A DNA stretch of 64,000 nt from the human T2T-CHM13v2.0 reference genome, Homo sapiens. A program made the translations under genes and the position numbers. The notes below the pieces were generated by a model. It searched no databases and was not told the origin of the DNA. It worked only from the letters and a program-made list of their open reading frames with translations. How positions within the stretch are numbered: position 1 is the first letter of the stretch; the number at the start of each line of letters is the position of its first letter. This document shows, piece by piece, positions 1-16,880 of this stretch. The DNA lies in assembly GCF_009914755.1 (NCBI RefSeq), contig NC_060927.1. The stretch is one strand, 5' to 3'.

Positions 1-1370
1 ACAACAACAAAAAGTCAAAGGTAAAGTAAAAGCTACACACTCTGGACCCTTCCCAAGTCACTGACATTTCAAATCTGAAATAAATTAAAACTATTCATTA
101 CAAAAGTTGAATCTGAAACATTTTCAATTACCATGAAAAACAAGCGTCACTATTATATGTAAAAGAAACTCTGGAATATTTGGAGGTTATTTTCAACCAC
201 ATCATATCATAAAAGTAATTGCTAAAGAAAAACTGAGTCATCAACTATTTAACTGTTTCCATTAGAACACATCTTTTAAGCTAGCTTCCCTAGTACAAGA
301 AATCTCCACTCTTCAACCCTTGCTTGGTAAATTTTCCAGATAACTGACTCAAAAACGGATCACACACTTCTCTGTCTTCGTAAACTGAACAACCTATGTC
401 AGATTTATCTTTTCTGGATGCCCAGAGTCATCTTAACTATTTTTTAAATTGTACTATACTGATATAAAAGGAACAGAGGCTTGTCCCTTCACTAAATGGC
501 CCTAAGTGGCCTTGGTTTTAAAGGTCCTGATATAATTTTCAGGGTCACCCAATAAACAGCAGCTATTATTCCTTGTTGCAATCAGTATATCTACCGCTGG
601 CCTTCATGCCAGCTCCTTCTCATTTGGCTTTTCCAGAAATCTAGTATAATAACCAGGAACACCTTATCTAAAACATGCGTAAAGAGGCTGAGTGAATAAT
701 TGTGGGGTTCTACCAGGCACAGAGTCTGTAGCCCGTGAATCTTCACATCTTTGTATGTTAACACTATGGAGCTCTTCTTCTCCACCCCCACCTACTAGCC
801 CTTGTAGTCGGGAACAGGGAGGCTGCCATACAGGTAAGGAGTAAGAAATAAAAAAGGCCCGAAAAGGATAGGTTGCATGGAGAGAATGAGGAACAAGAAG
901 TGAGAGAAAATTCAGTGTGAACCACGACCAGTAAAAATAAGGTCATTAAACTCCCGAGGGTGAAGTTCAGGTTAGTTACATTTACAACAATTACTTTCTA
1001 CTCCTAAAGGACAAATACCTTTAAGAAAAATAATGGAGATTTGCGGATGGTATTTAAAACTCTACAGAAAATGAGCACTTAGGTCCCTATACAACTTTAA
1101 TTCGGAGGTATTGATCTTTTTAAAAAATGGCAACACATAACCAAAACATCCTGTCCATTTGGCATCTACCTTAACCTGCCTGGAAAAAAACAATCCACTA
1201 ATTGACAGTTTCAAGAATGACTCATACATCAAGGTGACTTTTAAAAGTTTATCTGCATGCTCCAAAACAGTAATTATTGTGTGTGCTACCCCCAAGTATC
1301 CTACTCTTGATTCGGAGGACACAGACCCTACCATCTACCTCAGACTTGCACAATTAACAATGCCAAGAAT

Positions 1371-1661
1371 GGCCGGGCGCAGAGCGGCTCCTGCCTGTAA
1401 TCCCAGCACTTTGGGAGGCCGAGGCAGGCGGGTTACTTGAGGTCAGGTGTTCAAGACCAGTCTGGCCAACATGCTGAAAACCCTGTCTCTACTAAAAATA
1501 TAAAAATCAGCCGGGCATGGTGGTGCATGCCTGTCTGTAGTCCTAGCTACTCAGGAGGCTGAGACAGGAGAATCATTTGAACCTGGGAGACAGAGGTTGC
1601 CGCCACTGCACTCCAGTCTGGGCGACAGTGAGACTTGTCTCCAAAAAAAAAAAAAAAAAAA
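1371..1661 (+). mobile_element. AluS with small right-arm deletion
   Basis: Dimeric Alu, A-tail, degenerate TSD aacaatgccaagaat/aagaatgcccagaat. Confidence 0.92.
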
Positions 1662-2345
1662 GAATGCCCAGAATGTATATTTATACCCTTTAAACCCCAA
1701 CTGGACTAGAAGTTTAACTTGAAGCTACCAAAAGGTGTTGACAGGGAAAGACAGAAATATAAAAATCACAATCCAAAGTCAATCTATTATTAGGTCTAGG
1801 TTTATTAAATATTGATAGCATTTGATAAAAGAGCTGACTTGCACAATAGCATCGCAGAGACATCCAACTCTCAACTACCTCATTCCCAAGCCTGCATCTC
1901 CTTCACACCAGCTAGAATTAAAAAGGAAACATCCAGCTAGGATTAAAAATAAATCTTTTAGATGGTAGGTCATACATCATTGCCATAGGCACTCTAAAGG
2001 CACCTGGTAATACTCAACATCCATTCACATCTGATAATATTCAACATCCATTCTTAGAAGAAAAAAAAGATAGAGATGGATGCTTTTCCAACATCATAAA
2101 ATATATCTCAGGATAAAAGTCAGCATGATGTTTAACAAGAAATTCTACTCAGGAACAAAATAAGAACCAGCATTTTTTAACATGGATCTGGAGATTCCCG
2201 TCAACATAATTAGACAAGAAAAAAATTTACTAATACAAAATTAACATGTAAAATATGTGGCTTTAATACAGACAAAAAATAACCAGTTATAAAGTATAAT
2301 CAAAGAAAATACTTCATTCATGATGGTTACAAAAAGTAAAATATC

Positions 2346-3046
<701 letters not shown>

Positions 3047-3064
3047 TTTTTTTTTAATTAAAAA

Positions 3065-3600
3065 ACAGTTCACAGATAAGGATATATATACATATACATA
3101 TATGGCCCCTTGATGTATGAAAACATGTTCAACTTCATTCACAAAAGGGTAAATGCAAATTAAAACTGACCTGAGAAATCATTTTTACCTCTCAGATTTT
3201 CAACAGTTCAAAACCACATCCTATTGATAGGCACTTTCTATTTTGCTAATGGAAGTGTACAACCTTTATAAGGGGCAATTAGGCAACATATATCAAAATT
3301 TAAAAATGTACATACCTTTACACTTAGCTATTTCTATTCTCAACATTTACCCCACAGAAATAGGTGCACATGCGAGAAAGTATGTATGTACAGGTATTGC
3401 AATGTAGATTGCTTGTAACAGCAAAAACTGGAACCTACCTACATGAGCATCCATAGCAGAATGATGAATGAATCACAGTAAATCCATACAAGGTACACTA
3501 TGTAGTCATAAGAAAAGAGTTAGGAAGCCTTTTATCTCCTTCTATGGAATGATCTTTAAAAAACAGTGTAAGTGAAAAATAAATTGCTACTGGGTAGAAT
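3065..3600 (+). mobile_element. Old L1M fragment (further pieces at about 2000-2340 and 3930-4130)
   Basis: atgaaaacatgttcaacttca...aaatgcaaattaaaact; gcaaaaactggaa...catcca L1 3' motifs. Confidence 0.7.
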
Positions 3601-3612
3601 AAAAAGATAGTA

Positions 3613-3921
3613 GGCTGGGTGCGGTGGCTCACACCTATAATCCCAGCACTTTGGGAGGCCGAGGCGGGTAGATCACGAGGTCAGGAGATCGAGACCATCC
3701 TGGCTAACATGGTGAAACCCCGCCTCTACTAAAAATACAAAAAATTAGCTGGGCGTGGTGGCAGGCACCTGTAGTCCCAGCTACTCGGGAGGCTGAGGCA
3801 GGAGAATGGCGTGAACCCAGGAGGCGGAGCTTGCAGTGAGCCGAGATCCCCCCCACTGCACTCCAGCCTGGGCGACAGAGCAAGACTCGGTCTCAAAAAA
3901 AAAAAAAAAAAAAAAAAAAAA
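3613..3921 (+). mobile_element. AluY
   Basis: AluY diagnostics, long A-tail, TSD aaaaagatagta. Confidence 0.93.
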
Positions 3922-4625
3922 GATAGTAAAAAAGAGTGCTCACACCTATCTGCTTACATAGGCATTCAATATCTCTGGGAGCATATAGAAGAAACCAATA
4001 ACACTGGTGATTATCTTTGGAGAGGGAGACCGAGAGACAGAAGGAAGGGGGAAACAATTCATGGCATTCTCTTTTGGATTGAAAACCATGTGAACGTAAT
4101 ACCTACTAAAAAATGAATTCAAATTAAATTTTTAAAAAATCTTAGTAGCATTTGAAACACTCCCCACTCTCCACCCCCAGCCCCCAACCACTTATTAAAT
4201 TCTGATGATTCTCTCTAAAACATCTCTTGCTTAACCTATTTCCTTTCCAATTCTGTGGACACACTCCAAGTCCTTAGACAATTATCAAGGGTCCCCTAGC
4301 TGGTCTCCATACTCCCCTCTACCCATTAAGAATGCACCTATACTCCACCACCAGATTCAACTCCCTTTAAGGAGATGACCTTGGCCTAGACCTGATGAAG
4401 TCCTTCCTCTATACATCAGTGGAAGCTGACTGCTTACAGAATGCCACGCTCCTTGTCTTGGCATTCAAATCCAAGCCACCTTTACAGTTCTGTTGTCTGT
4501 GCTTATGTTTTTAATTCCAATTACACTAGAAGCTTCTTACAGAACACTCATTATCAAATCCATCTTTTTATTCTCAAAACTCTTAGAATGGTGTCTTGCA
4601 CATAGTAAGTACTCAAGAAATGTTA

Positions 4626-4963
<338 letters not shown>

Positions 4964-6286
4964 AATTTACAGAATTTATATATCTGATTATATTATACCG
5001 AAAAATAAAAATGAAAATGAAAAACATGGTCTCTCATTCAAGAAACTTGAAGAAAAAAAAGTTTAAGAAAACCAAACACTGTTATTTGCCAATGATAAGT
5101 TTATGCTAAAATAATCCATTTCACTAGAGTTTCCAACTCCGAACACGGTCTCCTCACCTCCACCCGCATCTCCCAGTTTCTTTGCTTAGCTTAAAACTTT
5201 CCTTACCTCCAAGACAACACTGCCTCAAATTCAATGCCCTAAGTGATTTCGCTTCCTGCCTTTCAAATGGGATACAAATGGCTTAAGTACCTTGATGCTG
5301 CTTGTTCTAACAATATAATAAATAAATAAATAACAATGTAAGAAGATATACAATTTATTTCATTGGTAATGGTTTCCCTATGATTTAAATTTAACGAACA
5401 CCTTGTCTCCACAAACCCACAGGAAAATCTGTAAAGTTTTACATTGCGTATAATAAAAATAAGTCTACTATATCCTTACCTATCATTTTTTCTACCTGAA
5501 TAATATTAAAGTCCATTACACACTCCCCATGTCACAAAGAGGCTATTTAACATCATTTTAATGATGTCTGCTCCTTCTCCTCCCCCTCCTTCTTCTTGGT
5601 GTCAGCAAGAGAATCAAAAATTTAACAGCTTTCATGAAAACAATGAAGTATGTCAATATTTTAATAGTTGTAACATTTTATCCATATTCTTATTACAGAA
5701 AATGAAAGTATTCTCTCATTAATCAAAGCAAAACAAATTCTAACCTTTTAAGATGGTAGAATATTCTTATTTATGGTGGCAGTTTCATAAGACATACATT
5801 TGTCAAAACTCATTGAACTGTACACTTGAAAAGGTTCAATTTTATATACTGCAATAAACTCAAATTTATTTAAAAATAAAGTTTTCTAAAATCAAATATT
5901 TCTCCTTTCCAACAAATACAGTATACTAGAATAAGGATTCAATTCCAAGCAACTCAGAAGAGTTTAAAGATTTTACTGCAGGTTGAGCAAATGAGAAGTT
6001 ACTCCAGTTTTACGCATGGAGAAACTGATCACTGAAATGAGTTGTGTAACTTCCCACACTGTTATTGTCAGGCCATCACCAGAGTGAGCAGACTCATGAA
6101 TAGAGCACCAGTCCTGCCATCCTTTTGGCTCAGTAATGAGGCCTTCGGTAAGTTCTCGATCCCTTCAGCTGCAGAATGAGGAGGTTAGACTCATTTGCTA
6201 AGGGCCACTTCAACTTTAACATTCTGATTTTATATTCTAGAGATTTGAAGTATACTTTAAATGTCCTTTAAGGGGGAAACAATAAA

Positions 6287-6589
<303 letters not shown>

Positions 6590-7265
6590 TCTAAAATTCT
6601 TTTATCAGCTAATTGAGAAATACTATTAGAACACCCTAGGACAATCCAATGCACTGAAGGACAGCAATCAAGGGGTATTCAAATTACAAAAGATTTCCAA
6701 CTTTACAACAAGCTTTTACATTAAGAGACTCTCTAGGCCACTTAAACATTAGTTTACAGACATTAATTTTGAGAGGAAAGAAGACAGAAAAAAGTGTTAA
6801 GTGCTACAGTTAAGAATAAAATCATTCAAAGGAAATTAAACATCTCTGATAGTATGACGAAAATAAATGTACATCTGAGTCAATTCCCCTACAAATTTTC
6901 AGAACAATTGTACTGTAAAGAAGGCATGAATAGGCTAATGAAAACCACCTCTGTTTAAAAAAAAAAAAACAAAAAAAAAAACCTGGCATATATAAAGTGC
7001 TTTGGTAAGAGGCATAAACTAATTACAAAGGCTTTTTTGGTCTGTTTGTTGTTTTTACAAAAAAGGAAGCCAGGCATGGTGATGCCTGTCTGTGGTAACA
7101 GCTACTCAGGAGGCTGAGCGGGGGAGGATGGCTTGAGCCTAGGAATTCAAGATCAGCCTGGCCCATTTAAAAAACAACAACAACAAAAAAAAAGGAAGCA
7201 AAAACTTCATCTGTGTGGGGAAAAGGCAAAGGAAAAGCCCAAAATTTTAAACCCAAATTTCATAG

Positions 7266-7548
<283 letters not shown>

Positions 7549-7711
7549 GAGAAAATTCATTTTTATAGAAAAAAAAAGGCTGACTATATTACTACATTTC
7601 TATTCATAAACGTAGCATTTCCCAAAGACTCTTCTAAATAGTTTAAAGGAAAAAAAATTGGATATCCACGGTTAACATAAGCACAATTACTGCTTACTAT
7701 ATATCACCCTG

Positions 7712-8160
7712 GTATGAGTTACAATTGCATTCAGCTGCATGTCATAGAAACTTACCCATAGTAGTTTAAACAATCGGGGCTCTATTTTTCTACTAAAGCA
7801 ACCAGTCCAAAGATAGAAACTCCAAGGCTGGTAGAGTAGTTGCAAGAAGCCATCAAGAACCCCTTCAATCTTTCTGATTTGCAACTCTTAGCGCTTGGCC
7901 TTCCTGGGACAAGATTGCTACATCCCCTTCATACAGGAAGGTGGGAAGGGAAATGGGAAAGTTGTGTGCCAGCCTCACAGATCCTGTTTATCAAGAAACC
8001 GAAGCTCTCCTGGAAGCCTCTGCCCTGCAACCACTTCTACTTATATTTCACTGGCTGCTACTGTGTCACCTTTGGCAACAGGGGAGTCTGGGGAGATGAG
8101 AATTTTTAACTATAATTTTTGCCACCCAGAGCAAAACCAGAATTCCATTAGATAAGAGAG
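7712..8160 (-). mobile_element. Old MLT1-type LTR remnant
   Basis: gttacaattgcattcagctgca...agaaac...tttaaacaa pattern typical of reversed old MLT1 LTRs. Confidence 0.5.
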
Positions 8161-8388
8161 ACCATTTATCTTAGAAATTCAAAATACATATTTGATGTTA
8201 AGGGATCTGAGAACTGTGCAGTAAATAAACATGTTAAACTTTTTTTTTATACAGTATTTCTCAAAGTTATTTGAACATAAAATTCTTTATTTCCTTTGAA
8301 CAGCCTGTTGAAACAGCATTTGGTGCAATTCATCCTGGGAAATGCTGCTTTGGGAACTAAAAGAAGAAAAAAAAATCTACTCCTATGA

Positions 8389-8701
<313 letters not shown>

Positions 8702-9882
8702 AAAATAATTGGTTTTCATATGTAGAAAGGGAAAGGAAATAGGTTGCGTTTAAGCAAGGGGTTCTGGAAATAAAATTGCTGAAGTGATAACAAAATTCTA
8801 CAAGCAGGATCTGATATGTTTTTACTTTTTATGTAAAGTCACCATTCTAGTGAGAAAAATCCTTTATCTTTCCACTTTATGCTTTTACAGGTTGGGCCAT
8901 ACCCCCTTCTCCTCTTCACCATCCCTTCTCAACTCCTGAACTGTCATTTCCTTATGTAACTCCCCTCTGTTCTAACATTCCCCACTGGTCTTTAAATGTC
9001 CATTCCTGAGCTTCTCTAAGGTTTCACTCATTCTTTGCTTCAGCCTCTCATGCTTTAATAATTTTTCTTTCTCCTATTTTCATTTTTGTTTTCTTTTTAT
9101 TCTCTCTTACATTCTTTAAGGTACACCAGCAACTCTTATTTTCTTAAAATACTACCAAAACAACCTAGGGCTTAGCATTTATTTACTGAGGCAGTCCCTT
9201 CTGCATATTTTGTATTCAATCTGTACAAAATGACTGTCCTTTGAAACCTCATGTTAGCTAAATGCTGTAACAAACAGACTCTAGTATTACTTCCAAGAAT
9301 AAATGTGCATATTTATAGGGAAAAATCAAAACATAATTTTTCATTCTGATTCTAAAGCTTTCACAAGAAAGACATTTATCATATCCAGTTCCATTAAAAT
9401 ATTCACTTCTTTTAATCCACTTCAATGGTGAAAAGAAAAAGTAAATTACATTTTTCACATTTCCAAACACCATCCATTTCCATGACACACACAGGTATCT
9501 CCTTGCCAAGAAAAGTCAGTGGTTGTCTGTTTTGGAAGGGAAGTAAGAAAGTGGCATTTTTTATTTCCTGAAGAAAAAAAAATTAAATAGGTCAAATACA
9601 TAAAACTTCCATGAAAAGAGCCACACTTCATTTCAGCCATTAAAGAAAAATGTGTTTAAATTCCCCAAAGGAACCCTATGCTCTACACTGGGAAAGGCTT
9701 ATTCACTGCTGACTTTCAAGAACCAGACATGACTTATCACACCGTGTAACCAAGGCACTGAATGGAACTGAAACCCCAAGGAGTCTTCTTATCTTTCTGC
9801 TTTCTAGATACCAGGAAAAAAAAAGAAGCAGTTGAGATTATTCACTCTTCCAGTAAACAGGCCTCTAGAAAGTCAGAGGAAT

Positions 9883-10175
9883 GGCTGGGTGCAGTGGCTT
9901 ATGCCTGTAATCCCAACACTTTGGGAGGTTGAGGCAGGCAGATCACAAGGTCAAGAGATCAAGACCATCCTGGGCAACATGGTGAAACCCTGTCTCTACT
10001 AAAAAGTACAAAAATTAGCTGGGCATGGTGGCATGTGCCTGTAGTCCCAGCTACTCAGGAGGCTGAGGCAGAAGAATCACTTGAACCTGGGAGGCAGAGG
10101 TTGCAGTGATCCGAGATTGCGCCACTGCACCCAGCCTGGGCAAGAGACACTCAGGCTCAAAAAAAAAAAAAAAGA
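9883..10175 (+). mobile_element. AluS (Sc-like)
   Basis: Full Alu; TSD agaaagtcagaggaa. Confidence 0.92.
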
Positions 10176-11386
10176 AAGAAAGTCAGAGGAACATGAAACA
10201 CTCAAATGTCATAAAGAGCCTTTTCTTGCCAACTCTTGGTTATATGGATTTGCTATACTCTTTAGGGGCTGAAATTACTCATCCGAGAAGGCATAGCCAA
10301 CTTGCCTCAAGGCAGAAATTTGGACAGCATCAATTTAGGTCCAGCAGAGCACTTCTCAAATTGCTTCCAAAGAGAAGACTGGCTCCTCCTAGCCAGCAGG
10401 GGAGCTAGAAGAACAATACAGCCACTCACCCCCATCATGCCTTTCAGTCCTGTCCAAAGTTCAAGCCCCTTCCTGCCCCCAGACCCCCGACCCTTTCCCA
10501 CAATATCACACCCACAGTCCAAAACTTCCCTTGGATCCCCACCCTCCTACACCTTTGTACTGAACCTCTTGGGACCACCCTTCCCCCAACCTCTCTTCTT
10601 ATCTTGGTTGAAACCTGGAACTCTTGATGGAAGCACATTGTAGCTTCTCCTTATTGCCCAAAGCTGTTTCCAATATAAGACTCCTCCACTCTTGGGTAAA
10701 ATTTACCTCCATGTCTCTCAATCATTCTATCTCATTCGCTGAAGACCTTTTCCCCTGGTTCAGTCCTCCCTGAGTCACCAAGTCCAGCAGTCATTCCAAA
10801 TGACCTTAGAATCCACCAAGCACACTGCCCAATTAGTTCCTTGACCTCATTCTGTAACCTCCTTCTTGGTGTTACTGTCTTCCTCCCAAAGACCTAGCGT
10901 GGCTTTCCCATCACTACTCAGAATGGCTCCAACTCTGACAGTACCTGCCAAACATCTCACTGCATTTCCTTTTGACCCTACGAACTCCTTCCCTGAGATC
11001 TCTCATGCCACCTCTCCCACCACACCAACTCTTCCATCTCTTCTGATGCTCCAATTTGCTAGCACCTCTATTTTCTTCTTCTCTGACAGGCCTCTTCTGT
11101 CTACATCTCCTTTCTCCTCCATCCTACATCAACTGCCCACTAACCAATGATCTCAACTCCCTCACACTCTCTTAAACACTCACTCAACCAAATCCCAACC
11201 CCAGATCCTTCTACCTATCACCTTCTCTGTTCCTCTCCTCAGGATACTCAACACCAAGGAGAAAACCACACAACCATTAACAGCAGATGGCATAACAGAT
11301 TCAGGGGCTCCATTCTGGACACCCTCAGAGCTGTCCAGCAAACCTGTTGAGCTCTCTTTCCATTCCCCTCAGAAGTTTTTGTGGGG

Positions 11387-12323
<937 letters not shown>

Positions 12324-12699
12324 AACTCTTTCATCTTAAAAAAAAAAAACAAAAAAATTCCCCTCAGACCTAACGCCTGCTCCAACTATGACCTCTTCTT
12401 CACAGTCAAGCTTCTAGATTTATCTCTCCCAACTTCTCTCCCAGTGAATCTGGCTTCCTTCCCCACCCCTCCAGTGAAACTCCCCTAGCTACAGTCAGCA
12501 GCACACCAGCATGGCCATAGTGACCAAACTCCACAAACACATTCAGACCACACTTGACCTGGCTTCTCTGGAACATCTTCCCTGAGCCCTCAATTCATGC
12601 ACACACTCCTGGGTTTCTTTCTATCTTGCTAGCCAATCTTTTCCCTCTGTCTGCCTTTTACTTCACTGTTTTTCAAACTGCCAGTCTTGAACCTAAGTC

Positions 12700-12902
12700 T
12701 CAAAATCCTGGGCTTAAGCGATCCTCCTGCCTCAGCCTCCTGTAGCTGGGACTACAGGTGCATGCTACCACACCTGGCTAATAGAGGGACGAGGTCTCAC
12801 CATGTTGTTCAGGCTGGTATCAAACTCCTGGCCTCAAGCAATCCTCCTACCTCGGCCTCCCAAAGCACTGGGACTATAGGCATAAGCCACTATACCCAGC
12901 CC
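12700..12902 (-). mobile_element. Partial AluJ
   Basis: Reverse Alu lacking its 3' end and linker. Confidence 0.8.
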
Positions 12903-12929
12903 ACTCCATATATTCTTTAATAGACAGCC

Positions 12930-13395
12930 AGACCTAGCAATCCCATGATTAAGTATTTAACCAAGAGAAATAGAAATATATGTCCACAAAAAAGACTTAC
13001 ACAAGAAATGTTCACAACAACTTTATTCATCAAAGCCAAAAACTAGAAACAACCCAAATGTCCATCAACAGAATGTATAAGCAAACTGGGTGAACCCATA
13101 CAATGGAACACTACTCAGCAATGAAAAGGAGCTACGACTGATGCACTCAACAATGTGGCTGAGCTCCAAAGTATTATGTTGACTTAAGAGAGCCAGACAT
13201 GGCAGAACACCTACTACGTAACATCATTTTCATGAAATCTGAGAAAGACATAACTGGTGATAAAAGTCAGAAAGCAGCTGTAGAGAGGTGGGGTGGGTGA
13301 CTGACTGGAAATGGGCACTGGGGAATTTTCTGGGCTGGTGGAGATGTCCTATATCTGGTTTGATGTGTTGATAATATGAATGTATAAAATTGCCA
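12930..13395 (+). mobile_element. L1M 3' fragment
   Basis: gacctagcaatccca...aaaaactagaaacaacccaaatgtccatcaacag...atacaatggaacactactcagcaatgaaaagg. Confidence 0.8.
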
Positions 13396-13689
13396 CCTCA
13401 TTTCCCTTTTTTAAGTATTTTCTGAGAGTGCCACAATCTCATGGCAAAGGCCTTTGGGATTTCATACCTGTATGATTCTCTGTACTCCTTCTTCGTCACC
13501 TTCCTTCACAGGCTACCCTGCTCTCATACTGAAGTTCTTATCTTTTCCCAAATAGATGATGTTCTCCTTCACCCCTGGCCTCTCTGCTTGAACAACCCCA
13601 CAGCTTTGGCATGGCCACCTCCTACTGTCTTTTGAGACTCAGCGTAGATGTTACTACTGCCAGGAAGTCTTCCCAATCCCCAAACTAGA

Positions 13690-13838
13690 TTTGTATTTTT
13701 AGTAGAGACGGGGTTTCACCATATTGGCCAGGTTGGTCTCAAACTCCTGACCTCGTGATCCACCCACCTTGGCTTCCCAAAGTGCTGGGATTACAGGCAT
13801 GAGCCACCACACCTGGCCAACTCTCTCATCTTAAAAAA
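13690..13838 (-). repeat. Alu left arm plus flank, locally duplicated from 12195-12343
   Basis: 149-bp gap-free alignment with about 12 mismatches, including 20 bp of non-Alu flank. Confidence 0.85.
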
Positions 13839-14873
13839 GGCTTGTGCTTAACCATTTCCCTCCCCAGAATGTGAATTCCCTGAGCACAGGGTCTCCAAGT
13901 TATTTGCTGAGGGTGTGCCAGGTGTTGAGAATGGTAAATGTACTCAACGTTTGTCCGACAGGTGAATGAAACATTCAAAAATTGCTTTCTCCTCAAGCTA
14001 AACACAGAAGGATGAACAGTTGCAATATCAATATTTAAGGAAATAACTTTGAAAGAATAAAAGGTCAGTATTTTATATTTAATACTTCAGTAACCATATA
14101 TACACAGGAGACTGTATTATATCAAGATCCGGTGCAAACAAAAAAGAAAAGCAAGACAAACAGACTCTGCTAACTCTTACTCTAAAAGCCAAGATAAAAG
14201 GAAAATGAAAGTCTTATTGGGTAAATAAATGAATCTCAGGGAGGGCATCCTGAGCAAAGGGAAGACTCTTTGATGGATACGAAAGTGGTCACTTTTTCAG
14301 TTGATTTAAGCAGAGGCAAGAGTTAGCCCAACAAATCTCTCTGAGCTGTGTAAATTCCAACAGAAGCAGCTAGGAGCCAAACAATGATTTGGAAACGTAC
14401 CAAGAGCTCAAAAGCATCAAGTCTAGACACCTCAAACTCCCCTGAGAGGGATCTGGCTGCCTGCCTACTGCCAAGATCCCTGCTGACCCCAATTTCTTGT
14501 ATTCCATAATCATTTTTAGATGGATTGCTAAGAGGTAGCTTTAAGAGAAGCAGCCTCAGCCACCTGCCATCTTTCACATCTCAGAGGGGCCCATCTTTCC
14601 TTTGAAAGGGAAAGAAAATGGACTAGTGTTAAATTGCAAGTGAAATAAATTCCTTAAATATCAGGAAGCAGAGAATATAAGTAAAGATCTTCCTCTAGCA
14701 CTTCTAGCTGCCAAATCAATCTTCAAAGCAAAAAAGTGCTAGCTGTATTTCTTCAAGTGCTATCTGATTTGCCAGAATACTTTTCACCATTCCAGAACTA
14801 TTATCGGCTGGCTGCTGGTTACCAGCAGGGCTTCTCTTTCTTCCTTCTTCTCCCAGTCGAGAATGCAATGTAT

Positions 14874-15117
14874 GGCAGGGCACGGTGGCTCACGCCTGTA
14901 ATCCCAGCACTTTGGGAAGCCGAGGCGGGTGGATCACGAGGTCAGGAGATTGAGACCATCCTGGCTAACACGGTGAAACCCCGTCTCTACTAAAAATACA
15001 AAAAAATTAGCTGGGCGTGACGGCAGGCACCTGTAGTCCCAACTACTCGGGAGGCTGAGGTAGAACAATGGCGTGAACCTGGGAGGCGGAGCTTGCAGTG
15101 AGCCGAGATGGCGCCAC
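14874..15117 (+). mobile_element. AluY lacking its 3' end and A-tail
   Basis: Stops at gcgccac; flanked by the direct repeat agaatgcaatgtat. Confidence 0.9.
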
Positions 15118-15150
15118 AAGAATGCAATGTATGGCTCAATATAAAAAGCG

Positions 15151-15436
15151 GGCTGAGCGCAGTGGCTCACGTCTGTAATCCCGGCACTTTGGGAGGCCAA
15201 GGCGGGCGGATCAGGAGTTTGAGACCAGCCTGGTCAACATGGTGAAACCCTGTCTCTACTAAAAATACAAAAATTAGCTGGGTGGCGGGCACCTGTAATC
15301 CCAGCTACAAGAGGCTGAGAGAGGAGAATCCTTTGAACCCAGGAGTTGGAAGTTGCAGTGAGCCAAGATCGCATCATTGCACTCCAGCCTGGGCGACAGG
15401 GTGAGACTCCATCTCAAAAAAAAAAAAAAAAAAAAA
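15151..15436 (+). mobile_element. AluS with small internal deletions
   Basis: Alu arms and A-tail. Confidence 0.9.
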
Positions 15437-15711
15437 GTGACACATTTCCTCTTATACATTTTTTTTAAATCCTCCCAGATGCCTCATTACCTGCCTGGCT
15501 CCATTGTCAGCATCTGAGCCTGGCATCTGAAACCTTCAAAACAACAAACCCATTTAAAGCACAGGCATGTCTGTAGGGGTAAAAGTGAAAAGCAAAAATT
15601 GAGATAAATGAACCAAAAAGTGATAGCCACTGTCATTGAAAGTAAACACCATATGTAAAATAGCAAACACACAATTAGCTAACACAGTTTTGACAAAAAA
15701 AATTATGTCAA

Positions 15712-16280
15712 ATTTTTTAAATCATAACATACACATAACAAAATTTGCCATTTAGTCATGTTTAGGTGTACAATTCAGTGACATTAGTTGTATTCACAAT
15801 TGTTATGCAACCATCACTACTATCTATTTCCAAACCTTTTTCATCACCCCAGAGAGAAATTCTGTAACTATCAATCAATAACTCCCCATTCCAATCTTTC
15901 CTCAGCCCTTGGTATCTTCTAGTCTACTTTCTTCCTCTATGAATCTGGCTAGTATTGATATTTCATACAATGGGAAGCATACAATATTTGTCCTTTTGTA
16001 ACTGGCTTATTTGACTTCTTAGCATAATGTTTTCAAGGTTCCTCCATGTTGCCACATGTATCAGAGCTACATTCCTTTTCATGACTAAATAATATTCCAT
16101 TGTGCATATAAACCACATTTTGTTTGTCCATTCATCTACTGATGCACACTTGGGTTGTTTCCATTTTTGAATCTTGTGAATAATGCTACAATGAACCTTG
16201 CCATACAAGTATCTATTTGAGTCACTGCTTTCAATTATTTTGGGTATATACCTAGGAGTAGAATTGCTAGGTCATATAAT
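15712..16280 (-). mobile_element. L1MB-type 3' fragment
   Basis: gtgtacaattcagtgacattag...; the minus-strand ORF (KWKQPKCASVDEWTNKMWFICTMEYY) resembles the L1 ORF2 C-terminus. Confidence 0.85.
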
Positions 16281-16566
16281 ACACAGTATTTTTTTTAATC
16301 AAGTACATTCAATAGTTTTAAAAAAAACTTGGACTTTTTTCCTGATTAAAAAGCAACACATGTTCATTGTAGGAAATCTGGAAAATAATTACACCACCCA
16401 GAGAAAGTCGCTGTTAATATTTCAGAATATTCCCTTAAAATCTTACTGTCTAGTTATACACATACACAGAGACAGACATACATGGATATTTTAACTAAAA
16501 CTGGGTTATTTCCACTTATCATTGTATCAAGAGCATTAACTCCACTGTCATTAAATGTTCTTCAGA

Positions 16567-16848
16567 GGCCGGGCACAGTGGCTCATGCCTGTAATCCCAG
16601 CACTTTGGGAGGCCAAGACAGGTGGATCACGAGGTCAGGAGTTCGAGACCAGCCTGGCCAATAGGGTGAAACCCCGTCTCTACTAAAAATACAAAAAAAC
16701 TAGCCAGGCATGGTGGCACGCACCTGTAGTCCCAGCTACTCAGGAGGCTGAAGCAGCAGAATCACTTGAACCCAGGAAGCGGAGGTTCGAGTGAGCTGAG
16801 ACTGCACCACAGCACTCCATCCTGGGCAACAGAGGAAGACTCCGTCTC

Positions 16849-16877
<29 letters not shown>
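16567..16877 (+). mobile_element. AluS (Sg-like) inside an older L1 remnant
   Basis: Full Alu, A-tail, degenerate TSD. Confidence 0.92.

Positions 16878-16880
<3 letters not shown>

Noticed and set aside
1905-2055. Two short adjacent direct duplications (ccagctag.attaaaaa twice; taata.tcaacatccattc twice)
   Set aside because: Ordinary slippage-type micro-duplications at the edge of an L1 relic.
15487-15672. Minus-strand ORF ending in a donor-like CAG|GTAATG, a possible OSBPL10 cassette exon
   Set aside because: No ORP-like sequence and no clear acceptor; donor-like motifs are frequent by chance in 54 kb.
15963-16208. 81-aa ORF resembling a protein C-terminus
   Set aside because: Relic of the L1 ORF2 end within an L1MB fragment.
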